From a virus (lineage: Duplodnaviria > Heunggongvirae > Uroviricota > Caudoviricetes), in the IMG/VR virus record IMGVR_UViG_3300006201_000003, positions 64,095-128,094 of that record: DNA of 64,000 nucleotides; one strand, given 5' to 3'. A program made the position numbers and the translations under genes. This document shows positions 1 to 11,300 of the stretch, one piece after another. Positions within the stretch are counted from its first letter, which is position 1. Every line of letters begins with the position of its first letter. The notes under the pieces are model-generated. The model did no database searches and was not told the origin of the DNA. It was given only the letters and a program-made list of their open reading frames with translations.

Positions 1-631
1 TCAAGGATTCACCAGTCCCACGCTCATAATAGTTGCAAAAATATCTGGCAGCGCTTTCGGCATCTGTGATTTCGCAAAAGGCGTCAAAACTGCCGCCAAA
101 GTATTCCATGTTAGTTTGGATGTTGCTCATTAAGTAATCAAGCTGGCCTGTAACATCCATTCCTTCAACAGACTGGTTGTAATATAGACTCCACTGACAT
201 AGGCCGTAATAGTCACTACCGTCCAGTGAGTAAATGTCCCATTGTAGATCGAGCGTCTGCCCACCGCACTCGGTCATCATATTGCCAAGGATGCCAGCGA
301 TAACAGGATCTGAAAGCCCTTGCTCATTCAAGTATTCATATACTGTGCCAGCAACGGCGTACTCAGATTTCAACCGTTCAGATTTAGGGGGGGGTGTAAT
401 CTGTTCGCTGGCAACCGCAATCTTGGGAACTTGATAGGCTTTATCGTAGGAAAATGTACTTGCAGTGACTCTATACAATGTCGGCTCTGCCTGACACATG
501 GTAGACTGCGGCGCTGGTTTCTGGATGCTCAAAATCGTAACAACAAAAATGGATACTATCACGCACAATGTTAGTGTGATTATTTCTGTTACATTTGCCG
601 GCCTATGGCCGGCTCGTCGCTTCGTCATCAT
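1..631 (-). CDS. Partial CDS continuing past the window start: membrane-anchored lytic transglycosylase (SLT)-like protein.
   Basis: Manual minus-strand translation is open from an ATG cluster at 631-637 to position 1. It has an N-terminal TM helix and a TECGG...GLCQWS motif resembling the SLT ES...GLMQ signature. RBS AAGAGGA lies upstream. A G8/C8 tract at 381-388 is in frame (encodes PPP). Confidence 0.45.
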   Translation of the reverse strand, partial: MMTKRRAGHRPANVTEIITLTLCVIVSIFVVTILSIQKPAPQSTMCQAEPTLYRVTASTFSYDKAYQVPKIAVASEQITPPPKSERLKSEYAVAGTVYEYLNEQGLSDPVIAGILGNMMTECGGQTLDLQWDIYSLDGSDYYGLCQWSLYYNQSVEGMDVTGQLDYLMSNIQTNMEYFGGSFDAFCEITDAESAARYFCNYYERGTGESL

Positions 632-683
632 TCGCATATCCTCTTTTCTTTGATTTAATTCGCCACTTTATGAAACACGAGTT

Positions 684-1061
684 TCATTCACTCTTTTTCT
701 GTTGATCTGCAAGACATTGATTGATATAATCACAGACCTCGCAGTATTCCCGCATAGCGTGTGCAAGCTGCTCCTGCTTTTCCTTTGGAAGTGTCTCTGC
801 GGTTTTTCCAAGCAACATTGTCATGTGGTCAAGCGGAATGGTCAAACTTCCAGTTGCAACAGATAAATTAGACTGCGGAAAGTATTTCTCATACGGTTGG
901 TTCATCCAATCGTGGAACCATTCTTCACGCTCAGAATTGATTGGAAACCACATAAGACCAAGTAGGGTTGCTTCAAAAAGAGGTTGCGGAAGAGTGCGCA
1001 GATATTCAAAGACAGTCATAGCATACACCTCAAAACTTAAACCCCTTGGTTTGATATCCAA
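684..1061 (-). CDS. Hypothetical protein.
   Basis: 125-aa ORF from the six-frame track; same orientation as neighbouring genes. Confidence 0.5.
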   Translation of the reverse strand: MDIKPRGLSFEVYAMTVFEYLRTLPQPLFEATLLGLMWFPINSEREEWFHDWMNQPYEKYFPQSNLSVATGSLTIPLDHMTMLLGKTAETLPKEKQEQLAHAMREYCEVCDYINQCLADQQKKSE

Positions 1062-1335
1062 GGCTCACTTTCTTCCACTCCGCTTTCAGAAGTGCTTTCA
1101 GCTCTGTAACAACACCATTACACATTTGCTTTGTTGCGCCAAGAACTTCATACTCACATAAGTAAGTGCGGTCTTCTGAAACACCAAAGCCTACATAGAT
1201 GCGTAGAGTGTCAGCCCATTCTATAATGGAGTCGATTGTTCTCTTGTGCTGTTCATAGTAGGCTTGGGCATCACCTACATTCTCTTCAAGAAGAAATGAG
1301 CCTCGCACATACTGCTGTTTTGCCATATAGTTCAC
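1030..1335 (-). CDS. Hypothetical protein (GTG start).
   Basis: 101-aa ORF, tightly packed with its neighbours. Confidence 0.45.
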   Translation of the reverse strand: MNYMAKQQYVRGSFLLEENVGDAQAYYEQHKRTIDSIIEWADTLRIYVGFGVSEDRTYLCEYEVLGATKQMCNGVVTELKALLKAEWKKVSLGYQTKGFKF

Positions 1336-1778
1336 CGTTTTCCAGTGGTGCCAAAACCACCACGATCAGCATTTCCCAGTGTTTCAACAGCCTCAAAAGA
1401 CAGCTGAGGTTGGTGCTTATCAATGCGGAACTGGCAGATGCGGTCGCCAACATGAATCACAGTATCACGCATAGCAATGGCGGGGAAGTACCATTGGTCA
1501 TTATCACCGCAGTAACTCTCGTCGATCATGCCAATATGGTTGGCCTGAATAATACCAAAGTTTTTGAAAGTGGAGCTACGCGGAATCATATATGCCTCAT
1601 AGCCAGTTGGGAGCTGCATAGCAACGCCCAAAGGAATCATCTTGAAATCGCCCTTCTTCATATCCACTTCCTCAGCAGCCCGAAGGTCAATCCAGTCGGA
1701 CTTCCCACCAATATACTGTAGCGGCTTAATTTTGTCGCTCAAATAACGAATCTTGATTGTCTCAGTCATATCAAGCAC
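1332..1778 (-). CDS. dut: dUTP diphosphatase.
   Basis: 148 aa; C-terminal [14 protein letters not shown] matches dUTPase motif V, and upstream motifs fit the dUTPase fold. Confidence 0.8.
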   Translation of the reverse strand: MLDMTETIKIRYLSDKIKPLQYIGGKSDWIDLRAAEEVDMKKGDFKMIPLGVAMQLPTGYEAYMIPRSSTFKNFGIIQANHIGMIDESYCGDNDQWYFPAIAMRDTVIHVGDRICQFRIDKHQPQLSFEAVETLGNADRGGFGTTGKR

Positions 1779-1782
1779 CTCC

Positions 1783-2268
1783 TTAAATTCTTGTTCTCTT
1801 CCAGAAATTTTTCATCTTATATGAAGAGTCCTTAGTGACATCCGCCGTGAAACACGGGAGCAATTCAAAATTCTCAGCGGCCTGTACGCTCGGAAACTCG
1901 ACCTCCGCATACATGAACTCGGTGTCACGCCCCTTATCGACATGGGAACATTCCAATTCCAGCCCGCCTGGAAGCTGATAGATACGAAAATCCTTTGTAA
2001 TGAATGGCTGTGTAATCATCTCTGCCATAGCGTAGAAGTGCTCCTTAGTAATATGGAACTCAACCTCTTGACGAACCAACTCTCCGTTGGACTTAATAGC
2101 GAGGAAGTACGCTACATCCTGACCGTTCACTGCGTTGCGCCGGATTCTGACCTCTGGATCAATGGACAGATAGGCTTGATAAACCTGGAACTCCTCTTTT
2201 AGAGGAAGATTGGTTGGAAATGAGTTAAGCAAAAACTTACGCTCAATTTCAATAAATTTGTCTTGCAT
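1783..2268 (-). CDS. CYTH-domain protein (triphosphate tunnel metalloenzyme / CyaB-like).
   Basis: 161 aa; the N-terminal IEIERKFLL is the CYTH ExExK signature. Confidence 0.65.
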   Translation of the reverse strand: MQDKFIEIERKFLLNSFPTNLPLKEEFQVYQAYLSIDPEVRIRRNAVNGQDVAYFLAIKSNGELVRQEVEFHITKEHFYAMAEMITQPFITKDFRIYQLPGGLELECSHVDKGRDTEFMYAEVEFPSVQAAENFELLPCFTADVTKDSSYKMKNFWKRTRI

Positions 2269-2284
2269 TTTGGTATTACCTCGC

Positions 2285-2653
2285 TTATTTAGATTCTGCT
2301 GGTTCTTTCAGCCATGCGATAAATTCATCAACAAGCTCTGCTATTCTTGATTCATCCCATTCCACAAAGTCATCAAAGCTCATTGTCCCGATTGCGAATG
2401 CTTCTTTCACCCGTGTCAAATCATAGATATAGCTGTCACCGCAGCTTGCCCACTGACAAAAATAGTCCATCAGCATAGAACGCACTTCGTCTTCTTCTGC
2501 ATTTCGTAGTGCCTCTATATTGGTTTTTGGATCGAAGTCAACGCAAGCACGTGCTCTGTATGCGAAACAGCGTGATCCACGATACATTGCATCACAGCCA
2601 GATTTATTAACTGGGCAGTTCTCACAACCACCAGCATTTAGACCATTTCGCAT
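2285..2653 (-). CDS. Hypothetical Cys-rich protein.
   Basis: 122-aa ORF with multiple Cys pairs. Confidence 0.5.
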   Translation of the reverse strand: MRNGLNAGGCENCPVNKSGCDAMYRGSRCFAYRARACVDFDPKTNIEALRNAEEDEVRSMLMDYFCQWASCGDSYIYDLTRVKEAFAIGTMSFDDFVEWDESRIAELVDEFIAWLKEPAESK

Positions 2654-2662
2654 ATTGTCACC

Positions 2663-2860
2663 TCACGTTTCATCAGAGATGATTTCACAAATCTCAGCCA
2701 TAAAGCTCTGCCCATGCCCGTACCAACAGTTGTGTTCTGGCTTGTATAACCAGTCTCCGTAAATCTCTTGCTGGGGAAATTGCCGATTCTTGGGCGTGAT
2801 CCGCATTGTGCCACGGAACGCTTTATACCCTTCTACTTGAATCATGTAGCATCTCCTCAC
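2663..2860 (-). CDS. Hypothetical small protein.
   Basis: 65-aa ORF. Confidence 0.4.
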   Translation of the reverse strand: MRRCYMIQVEGYKAFRGTMRITPKNRQFPQQEIYGDWLYKPEHNCWYGHGQSFMAEICEIISDET

Positions 2861-2861
2861 A

Positions 2862-3389
2862 TCAGCCCAAATACTTTTTGAAAAATTCTTCCAATGTCAG
2901 CTTGTTTTGACGGGCAAGATCGACTGTGCAAGCGCATACATTTTTCTCAGTAGATACTCCAATCTCACTGACAAGATAAGAAATAATGTCTGGATATGTC
3001 CGCTCGCCAAAACATTGCTCAAAATCTTTTTCTGCTCCGTCGCATAATCCACGTTTATGGTCAGAGCAACTTTCTTTACACTCCTCAAGCCATAACAAAC
3101 GATTGCTTCCGTCCCAGGCAATCAATTTTTCGCCGTTGACAACATACTCTTGATCTGCGCAGCCAAGATTCGAGCCTTTGGCATATCTCCACCAGCCCCA
3201 ATCTTCTTTCCAATTATCATCTTTTACGGAACAGATTTTGTTAAAATCGTCCTCAGACAGTAGCCAGACTTGGTAATTTTCACGGTGACTATCTTTTGGG
3301 GGCTGGTAGTAATAAACGCATCTTGCAGACGCCAACTCAAGGCCATACACAGCGTTTGCAAACTTATCGCCCGCTAAAATTTCAACCAT
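2862..3389 (-). CDS. Hypothetical Cys/Trp-rich protein.
   Basis: 175-aa ORF. Confidence 0.5.
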   Translation of the reverse strand: MVEILAGDKFANAVYGLELASARCVYYYQPPKDSHRENYQVWLLSEDDFNKICSVKDDNWKEDWGWWRYAKGSNLGCADQEYVVNGEKLIAWDGSNRLLWLEECKESCSDHKRGLCDGAEKDFEQCFGERTYPDIISYLVSEIGVSTEKNVCACTVDLARQNKLTLEEFFKKYLG

Positions 3390-3404
3390 TTCTATATCCT
3401 CCTC

Positions 3405-3728
3405 CTATTCACACCGTACAAAATGCACAGTATTGAATTTCTGACCGGGGAACTCTTTAAGCCAGATGCTGGAGTACCAGCTACCAACACTAAGCGCTTC
3501 GACCTCATAAATCTGACCCGTTGTTAAAAGCCTCTTTGCCTGTTCAGAATCACTTTTCATACCGGCATCCAAATCCACCGCTCTAACCTTAGACCCACAC
3601 TCACAGTGCAGAACATCGGTCTGATCCTCTGCGCACTCGCTGCATACCCACTTAGTCCCATAGTCAAATGTGGTGCCATCAAGAACTTTCCCACATTTAG
3701 GGCAGGTGTTTTGCCAGGTTCCGTCCAT
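3405..3728 (-). CDS. Zinc-ribbon protein.
   Basis: 107 aa with CPKCG...CSEC and further Cys pairs. Confidence 0.5.
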   Translation of the reverse strand: MDGTWQNTCPKCGKVLDGTTFDYGTKWVCSECAEDQTDVLHCECGSKVRAVDLDAGMKSDSEQAKRLLTTGQIYEVEALSVGSWYSSIWLKEFPGQKFNTVHFVRCE

Positions 3729-3734
3729 ATTCTC

Positions 3735-4259
3735 TCACTCCTTATACAATGTAATTTGATTGTTGAAGATAGTCTTTTGAACATCAATGATGCGTTGATT
3801 GGCCGAGCCTCGCCAAACCAATTTGCGGTCTGCAAGTTCTTGTTTGAATGGGCCGTCCACGACCACATCGCAGTCAGCCAATAGGAACTTTTGGTTCTGG
3901 TGCTGTATATCTCTACACGGCAAAGCAAATACATCTTCCCATAGAAATCCCGTCCACAACCATGTGGTCTTCCCTCTGTCTCGTATGCGGCGGCAGAGTG
4001 ACGCCAACGCCATCATACCGTCAGCATTCTGACACAGTGGATCTCCGCCGAGTATCGACAGACCAGATATGGTAGGATCTGATACCATAGCAATGATTTT
4101 CTCAGCCGTTTCGTCAGTAAAATGTTCTCCGTACTCAAAGTCTTGAGCTTCTGGATTAAAACACCCAGGACAGTGTAAATTACACCCACTCACGAAGAGG
4201 GAGGTGCGGACTCCCTCTCCGTTTGCGATGTCATAGTTGCGGATAGCAGCGTAGTTCAT
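3735..4259 (-). CDS. nrdG: Anaerobic ribonucleoside-triphosphate reductase activating protein (radical SAM).
   Basis: 174 aa; CNLHCPGC is the CxxxCxxC radical-SAM motif. Its ATG overlaps the nrdD stop (ATGA). Confidence 0.85.
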   Translation of the reverse strand: MNYAAIRNYDIANGEGVRTSLFVSGCNLHCPGCFNPEAQDFEYGEHFTDETAEKIIAMVSDPTISGLSILGGDPLCQNADGMMALASLCRRIRDRGKTTWLWTGFLWEDVFALPCRDIQHQNQKFLLADCDVVVDGPFKQELADRKLVWRGSANQRIIDVQKTIFNNQITLYKE

Positions 4260-6568
4260 TTGTCTCCACCAAGATGGACAAACCGCTCCGCAATTTCCTG
4301 TGTCCGGCCTTGGTTCCAGTCATTCAGACCGATGTAACCACAAGTGCGGCGAGCAATGTTCATCTTGTTCTTGTCAGTGTTTCCGCAGTTTGGACATTTC
4401 CAGATCAACTTTCCACGTCCGTCATCAACAACTTCGATTTCCTTATCCCAGCCGCACACCTGGCAGTAATCGGACTTTGTGTTGATTTCAGCATACATAA
4501 TGTTGTTGTAGATGTACTTCAGCACTGACAGCACGGCGGGGATATTGTCGGAGAGATTCGCAACTTCGATATAGCTGATTGCACCGCCAGGGGACAGTCT
4601 CTGAAACTGAGACTCAAATTTCAACTTATCAAAAGCGTTGATATGCTCTGTAACATGGACATGATAGGAGTTTGTGATATATCCCTTATCTGTGATCCCC
4701 TCAATCACACCGAAACGCTTTTGCAAACACTTGGCAAATTTGTACGTAGTGGACTCGATGGGTGTTCCGTAAAGAGAGTAGTCAATGTCCTCAGCTGCTT
4801 TCCACTGTGCGCACTTATCGTTCATATACTGCATGACTTTGAGTGCAAACGGCTCACCATCAGGATCAGTATGGCTCTTGCCAGTCATTGCCTTTACGCA
4901 CTCATAAAGGCCAGCATACCCAAGCGAAATTGTGGAGTATCCACCGTGTAGCAGCTTGTCGATTGTTTCACCTTTCTGCAAGCGGGCCAAAGCACCGTAC
5001 TGCCAGTGGATAGGGGAGGCGTCAGAAACTGTGCCAGAAAGCCGCTCATGCCGAACTTGCAATACCTCGTGGCACAGCTCCAAGCGTTCCTCAAAGATTT
5101 CCCAAAAAGTATCAAACAGTGCTTGGATATCATCGTGATCCTCGCAGACCTGCCAAGTATGAAGCGCACTTAACGCAACATCAGGTAAATTGATAGTCAC
5201 AACGCCCTGGTTAAATCGCCCATAGTATTTGGGTCTATCTGACTGATAGTTTTTTGCGTTTGCAATGTTATCCCAGCCATTACCAGAACGATCAGGGGTT
5301 AAGAAACTACGACATCCCATGCAGGTATAACAGTCACCGCTACCCTCAACTTCGCCCTTAGACAGTTTGTATTCACGCATCTTTTTCTCAGAAATGTAGT
5401 CAGGGACAAGCCGTTTTGCAGAGCACTCAGCGCACAATTCCGTCAGATACCAGTATGGAGAATCTTCGGTAATATTGTCTTCCTCCAGTACATAGATAAG
5501 TTTTGGGAACGCTGGTGTGACCCACACACCTTTTTCGTTTTTTACTCCCTGGTAACGCTGCCGCACAGTCTCTTCAATCACCAAAGCAAGATCTTTCTTT
5601 GTCTGCGGATCGCTTGTTTCGCCCAAATACATGAACACAGTGATAAATGGTGCCTGACCGTTCGTGGTCATTAGTGTAATCACTTGATATTGGATTGTTT
5701 GTACGCCCTTTTCAATATCTTTACGAACTCGCCGTTCAGTAGTACGTTCAACATATTGGTTATAACTATTTGAACCAACAGCCAAAGAAATTTCACCAGC
5801 TTTAATACCATCGTTGAGTTCTTGTATGACCTCTTCTCGGATTGCCTGACGGCTCACTTCGACAAATGGAGCAAGGTGTGCTAATGAAATGGACTGCCCT
5901 CCATATTGGTTAGAAGCAACTTGCGCAATAATTTGGGTGGCAATGGTGCAAGCCGTGCTAAAAGAGTGGGGCTTTTCAATAAGCGTTCCACTAATTACGG
6001 TGTCGTTTTGGAGCATATCTTCGAGATTGACAAGACAGCAGTTGTGCATATGCTGCACAAAATAATCACTGTCATGGAAATGCAGAATGCCCTCTTCGTG
6101 CGCTTTAGTAATTTTCTCTGGCAGAAGCAAACAATCTGTTACATCACGGCTTACCTCACCAGCAATATAATCCCGTTGTGTCGAAAGAATCATGGGATTT
6201 TTATTTGAGTTTTCCTGAATAACTGTTTCATTTGTGCCGTCCGCAATAGAGAGAATTTTGTTGTAAAGAGAGGTGGCATTGCGCAAAAGTTCATGCTCAT
6301 ACCGATACTTGATATACGCCACCGCAACGATGTACTCGTGCTCTTTCATCAGTTCAATTTCAACATCGTCTTGGATTTCCTCAACCGAAATTGCACGATT
6401 GCGCCGCTGATAACGGCTATACAAACGATTAGAAATTCTCTTGGAAATCTCGTCTTTATCACCTACGGAACTGAGCTTTTCAACTTCTGTAAACGCTTTA
6501 ACGATGGCGTTTGTAATCTTGCTCTTGTCAAAGCTGACCTCTGTACCGTTTCGCTTAATTACAACCAT
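4256..6568 (-). CDS. nrdD: Anaerobic (class III) ribonucleoside-triphosphate reductase.
   Basis: 770 aa; C-terminal CPNCG Zn-ribbon and the glycyl-radical motif RRTCGYIG. Confidence 0.9.
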   Translation of the reverse strand: MVVIKRNGTEVSFDKSKITNAIVKAFTEVEKLSSVGDKDEISKRISNRLYSRYQRRNRAISVEEIQDDVEIELMKEHEYIVAVAYIKYRYEHELLRNATSLYNKILSIADGTNETVIQENSNKNPMILSTQRDYIAGEVSRDVTDCLLLPEKITKAHEEGILHFHDSDYFVQHMHNCCLVNLEDMLQNDTVISGTLIEKPHSFSTACTIATQIIAQVASNQYGGQSISLAHLAPFVEVSRQAIREEVIQELNDGIKAGEISLAVGSNSYNQYVERTTERRVRKDIEKGVQTIQYQVITLMTTNGQAPFITVFMYLGETSDPQTKKDLALVIEETVRQRYQGVKNEKGVWVTPAFPKLIYVLEEDNITEDSPYWYLTELCAECSAKRLVPDYISEKKMREYKLSKGEVEGSGDCYTCMGCRSFLTPDRSGNGWDNIANAKNYQSDRPKYYGRFNQGVVTINLPDVALSALHTWQVCEDHDDIQALFDTFWEIFEERLELCHEVLQVRHERLSGTVSDASPIHWQYGALARLQKGETIDKLLHGGYSTISLGYAGLYECVKAMTGKSHTDPDGEPFALKVMQYMNDKCAQWKAAEDIDYSLYGTPIESTTYKFAKCLQKRFGVIEGITDKGYITNSYHVHVTEHINAFDKLKFESQFQRLSPGGAISYIEVANLSDNIPAVLSVLKYIYNNIMYAEINTKSDYCQVCGWDKEIEVVDDGRGKLIWKCPNCGNTDKNKMNIARRTCGYIGLNDWNQGRTQEIAERFVHLGGDK

Positions 6569-7130
6569 TCAGATCCTCTCTTTCTGCAAACTCTTGCACC
6601 AGGGCATCAACATCGTCCCAAGTATCGGCACGTTGAACACCATACTTCTCAACATCTAAACCTCTATTGTGGGGGCGGTTAAACAAAATCTTGAAGTATT
6701 CGCCATTGAGAAGATTGTGAATCCCATCGTCAATCAGGATATCGCCACGAATCATTTGCTTATTGCTGGCAAAGATAATGTGCTCCCAGTCAAGGAAAGG
6801 AAACATTTCCAGAATCCGCTCAACCTTTACCTTGCAAGTGCGGTAGTCCGAAGCTGTGACCATATACAGCTGGTGGCCTTGGTCAAACCACTTCTGGAGC
6901 ACTCGCTGACTCCCTGGCATGGGTTCAAGGCTTTTCCACAACTCATCATCGTTGAGAACCCCAAAAATCTGTTGCTTCGTCAATGTTGGAAATGCCAAAG
7001 TCATATCCCAGTCTTTGATATCCTCAAATGAAACTCTTGTACCGTAACGCTCATTGATAAACTTGATCCAGCAATTCAACAGGTTCTCAGCCACATCATC
7101 AGCATCGAATAAAATCGTCAGCAGCTTCAT
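6555..7130 (-). CDS. HAD-family 5'(3')-deoxyribonucleotidase.
   Basis: 191 aa; N-terminal ILFDADDV is the DxD HAD motif, NT5C-like. Confidence 0.65.
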   Translation of the reverse strand: MKLLTILFDADDVAENLLNCWIKFINERYGTRVSFEDIKDWDMTLAFPTLTKQQIFGVLNDDELWKSLEPMPGSQRVLQKWFDQGHQLYMVTASDYRTCKVKVERILEMFPFLDWEHIIFASNKQMIRGDILIDDGIHNLLNGEYFKILFNRPHNRGLDVEKYGVQRADTWDDVDALVQEFAEREDLNGCN

Positions 7131-7669
7131 GTGTTTTCTCCTTTGATAGTAGTGCTCACAAATTCCTCAACAGCATCTTTAAGGTTTTCCAGAGTACCAC
7201 CATTGATAATTGTGGCGTCGTATGGGTAGTCATCCAATGCGGTTTCGGATGGATGCTTCTGTTGTTCTGCCGTTAGGGGAGAAGTAAAGTTAGGACGAAT
7301 CACCCGCAGCAGAATAGCATCCATGTTATGATGTTCAAAAATTTCATACTCGTTTGGAAAACGGCAGTCTGGCAAAAGTACATAGTCCCATGTGTCACAG
7401 AAGATCTCCAGGATGCTGACGATAAAGTTGGCCCAGTAATCAGGAGACTTAGCGCGAATCTTGTCGGTTCCAACATACTGAAGAAGCGTCCGTCCCTTTT
7501 CATCTTTTTTGCCGTCCCATCCAAAGAAAGTCTTGCAAACGTACTTGACCAAATCGCCAAAATGTGCAATCAGAACTTTATTGCCGTCGGCTGTCAGCTG
7601 CTCTTCCAGAATCTTCGCTGTGGTGTCTTTTCCATTTTGTGCTTTACCAGAAATGCAGATCACTTTCAT
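7127..7669 (-). CDS. Deoxynucleoside monophosphate kinase (T4 gp1-like).
   Basis: 180 aa; P-loop ISGKAQNGKDT; the N-terminus resembles T4 dNMP kinase. Confidence 0.65.
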   Translation of the reverse strand: MKVICISGKAQNGKDTTAKILEEQLTADGNKVLIAHFGDLVKYVCKTFFGWDGKKDEKGRTLLQYVGTDKIRAKSPDYWANFIVSILEIFCDTWDYVLLPDCRFPNEYEIFEHHNMDAILLRVIRPNFTSPLTAEQQKHPSETALDDYPYDATIINGGTLENLKDAVEEFVSTTIKGENT

Positions 7670-8295
7670 ACGCTCACCTCAATGTCGTCAAAGACCACGG
7701 GAATCAGCATTTGGAACTCTTTGAGAAGTGGGATCGCAACCTCACGCATCTGAGGATGAGCCGCCGGTGAAGTTCTGAGCTTAAAGAAATGCCGCCACTC
7801 ACGAAGGTTGGCCGTCATAACCACCTCAGTTTTGAGGCTGTTAGGGAGAACAGAGCGAGCTTCCTGCGGTTTTGCTCCTGCATGAATAAGTTGCAGATAC
7901 ATTTCTTCCGAATACTTCATACATTTGAACCACAACTGGTACTCCTCCGAATTTTTATCCCAGAAGCACGGCTCGATTACAGCGATCTCCTCTCCAAACT
8001 TACCCATGGAGTAGTTACAATAGCGTGTGCTCTCTTGGCAGTACGCCGCAATGCGGTGTCGAACGATCTCATGGCTAACACCGCGATCCACAATAAACTT
8101 CACTGTGATTTTCTCGTGTTCCAAAACAGCTTCATGCCCACGCTTGATGATACTGGCAACAAATTTCTCTGCACTCCCGTCTGTGATCTTGTCCTCAGAC
8201 TTGTAACAGACTCGTCCGGCTTCCTCGATTGATTTCAAGACTTCCGTACCATTAACTTGTGAAAGTACATGAAACCCCGCTTTGATAATCTTCAT
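7666..8295 (-). CDS. thyX: Flavin-dependent thymidylate synthase.
   Basis: 209 aa; HEIVRHRIAAYCQESTRY is the ThyX RHRxxSxxxxSxRY motif. Confidence 0.85.
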   Translation of the reverse strand: MKIIKAGFHVLSQVNGTEVLKSIEEAGRVCYKSEDKITDGSAEKFVASIIKRGHEAVLEHEKITVKFIVDRGVSHEIVRHRIAAYCQESTRYCNYSMGKFGEEIAVIEPCFWDKNSEEYQLWFKCMKYSEEMYLQLIHAGAKPQEARSVLPNSLKTEVVMTANLREWRHFFKLRTSPAAHPQMREVAIPLLKEFQMLIPVVFDDIEVSV

Positions 8296-8340
8296 TGATA
8301 CTCCTCCTTGATTTTGTTCGTTGCTTTATGAAAAGTTAGA

Positions 8341-11300
8341 CTACACCACGTAATCATAACCAATCAAATACCAGTAGCCCGTGCGCTCCTGCCTCACATC
8401 AGAGGCATAAATTACATCGAAGCGTTTAAGTGGCTTTTTGTCAAAGAGCCGACTACGAACTGTCAGTCTGGAAGTCTTTCCGCTACCAATAGATCTGGTC
8501 TGAAGAGCATACCCCCAAACTTCCTTGTTTGCTTTACTCTTTAGTGGAAAAACATCCATAATAACAAGTTTGCGCCGATCTTCTTTCTTGTCGGTTGTCA
8601 AATCAATGTAACCCAAATTTTCAAGCTGATCCTGCATTTTGCTTTTCAAGTCAAAATCTTGGATGTGCATATCTCTGACTACTTGCTCCATATGCCGAAG
8701 AAGTCCTGGCATATCCGTAAATGTGTAACTTTTAGCTGTTGCACCATTTTTGGCAATGTCGGTAGCGTACTGTGACACGATTGCTTCAACTTGTGGAGTC
8801 AACTTTTCTTTGGATATTTTCTTCATGGTGCCGTTCTTGAAGAAAGAGAACATTTCTACCATGCGAAGTAACTCTTTTGCGTTGCCGTACTCAATGAAAT
8901 AGTCAATTTTGACAAGTATATCTCTTTGGCGTGTGTCCAGGTGCGTCCGCTCATTCATAAGCTGAAGCAATTCCATAAACGATTTTGGCTTACCAGTCTC
9001 AGCCAGTTCATACAGCTCGTTTGCAACATCGGCGTTCATATATTTGACAGAGCTGATTCCCTTAGCAATTACCTTTTCCTCCTTGTTAAGCAGGTACTTA
9101 TCCTTTGAAAATCCGAAACGAGGAGGCACGATCTTGATGCCATAGAGTGTCGCAAGTTCATTACCATTCTTCACATCTTCCTCACCATTGGCATTGTTGA
9201 GGTATGCGGTGATAAATTCGTATGGGTGGTAGTACCGTAGGTAAGCGCAAAGATAACCAATCATGCAATATCCAACTGAATGGTTATAGCCAAACATATA
9301 GCTGGAAGCATCGCTTATGATCTGCAAAAATTCTTTTGCTTCCTGTTCTGCAATTTCTCTGGGCTGTGGTGACTTTTCACAATACCCATTTAGGATGTCA
9401 GGCAAAATTTTCTCCAAGTCCTCTGGCTTCTTACGGGCGATGGTACGCCGTGTATTGTCGGCATCAGAACCAGAGAAACCACAAATTTGCTGTAAAAATT
9501 TGATAACGTCCTCTTGGTAAATTAGGTATCCGTTATTATCTTTCAACAGCTCATCAATAAGAGCAGATGGGTTCTTGTGCGGCTTATGCTGCATGAGATC
9601 ATCACGATAGGACGCACCAGACGGACGAAGTGCTGCCGTAATTAAACTCATGTCAAAAATACTATGTGGTTCGTATTGTTTGAGCATTTGGAAAGCGAAG
9701 TCACCCTCAAACTGAAAGATTCCAACCGGAGAGCGGAGCATATCTTTCCATACTGCTTCGTCATTCCAGTTAATTTCATGGGACTTTGGATACGGCTTCC
9801 CCATTAGCTCATAAGCGTCTTTGACAATCTCAATGTTCTTCAGTCCAAGAATGTCATACTTGACCAAACTAACATCATGCACGCACTCCATATCAATCTG
9901 CAAGATTTCTTTGCCGTCAGAAATAAAGGTGCCATAATTATCTCGCAGAGTGATTGGACTTGCCACAATGCCGGCTGGGTGCATTGACTGGGAGATTGCC
10001 ACATCAAGCAAGCCATCGTAGTAGTAGAAAACATCTGGGTATTTCTTCCGTGCCGCATCCTCGTCTGCCTCGAACTCTTTTTTGATCGTTGCGCTGATTT
10101 TGCCAACCCACGGGTTTTTAGCAAAAATCTTTTCGTTTTCTTCTTTCAGTTTACTGTACTCTTTGGTAAACTGTTTGACCAGTTCTGCACGTGGAATGTC
10201 TTTCATACGACTGGGCAACATCAGATTCCCAGCCTCATCAAAGCAGTATGCAGAGAAACCGTCCCGTACATCACCAAATCTGATGGTGATGTTTTCATTT
10301 TTCAACATTTCTAATGCTTTTCGGAACCCTTTTTCATCGTGCTGGTGTTCTTTATTCCACTTTACACCTAATGCACGACAAATCTCGTCAATACAGCCTT
10401 TTGACTTGATTGTGCCGATAGCAAGAATAAATGCGGTGCGCTCCTGCCCAAAACGGTTGATAATGTAGTCGTAGACTAAATCACGTTGAGAAGGGGAAAC
10501 GTCAATATCAATGTCTCCGATTTCTTTTCTGTCCTCATTGCAAAAACGGGAGAAAACAGTGTGCCATGTCTCTGGGTTAAGATCTGTCGTATTGGACACA
10601 TAGGCCACGCGGGAGCCGCCACAGGAGCCGCGGTTAAAACCAATCGGGATACCATTCTCTTTACACCATGTTACCAACTCAGACATGAACAACATGAAGC
10701 CGGACATATCAATTTTATCGAATACACGGCATTCTTCGGCAATCGCCTCTTTGAACGGTTCTACCTGTTCAGGTGTAATAGCACCATCTGCAATTTTCGA
10801 TTGCAAGTTGTTATCCAGCACCTTATGCAACACCTCTCTGTCACGATCACCATAAAGTGGCGGATACTTGAAAGACGTGTCCAACTCAAAGGACTCAACA
10901 GATGCCGCCATACGATTGGTATTTTCGATTGCCTCAAGATAGATGCTTTCTGGAATAGCATCTTGCTTGGCGAACATCGCTACCAATTCTTCGTATGACT
11001 TGTAGGTAAGATCAAAACTGTCTTCGTCAGCAAATTCAATATGCTTTGACAGTTGCATGATACTCCTACACTCTGCTTTGTATTTGTTGAGACTATGTGT
11101 ATCAGTACCAGCAATCAGCGGAATACGGTAACGCTGAGACATATCTACCAGATGACGGTTGTACGCAATTTGCTCTGGATGATCGTGCGGCTGGATTTCC
11201 AGATAGTCATAGTGCTTCAAAATGCGTTCATATATCGGATGTCGAATACTCATTTTATTGAGTGGAGAGGCGAGACAAGCACTTATTTTGATGACGTTAT

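Noticed and set aside
4274-6682. Numerous plus-strand ORFs (60-260 aa) antisense to nrdD, dnaE, the primase-helicase, the RNA ligase, the MTase-helicase and other genes.
   Set aside because: They lie entirely within long minus-strand genes that have strong motif support, and they lack RBSs. They are antisense artefacts of low-stop composition.
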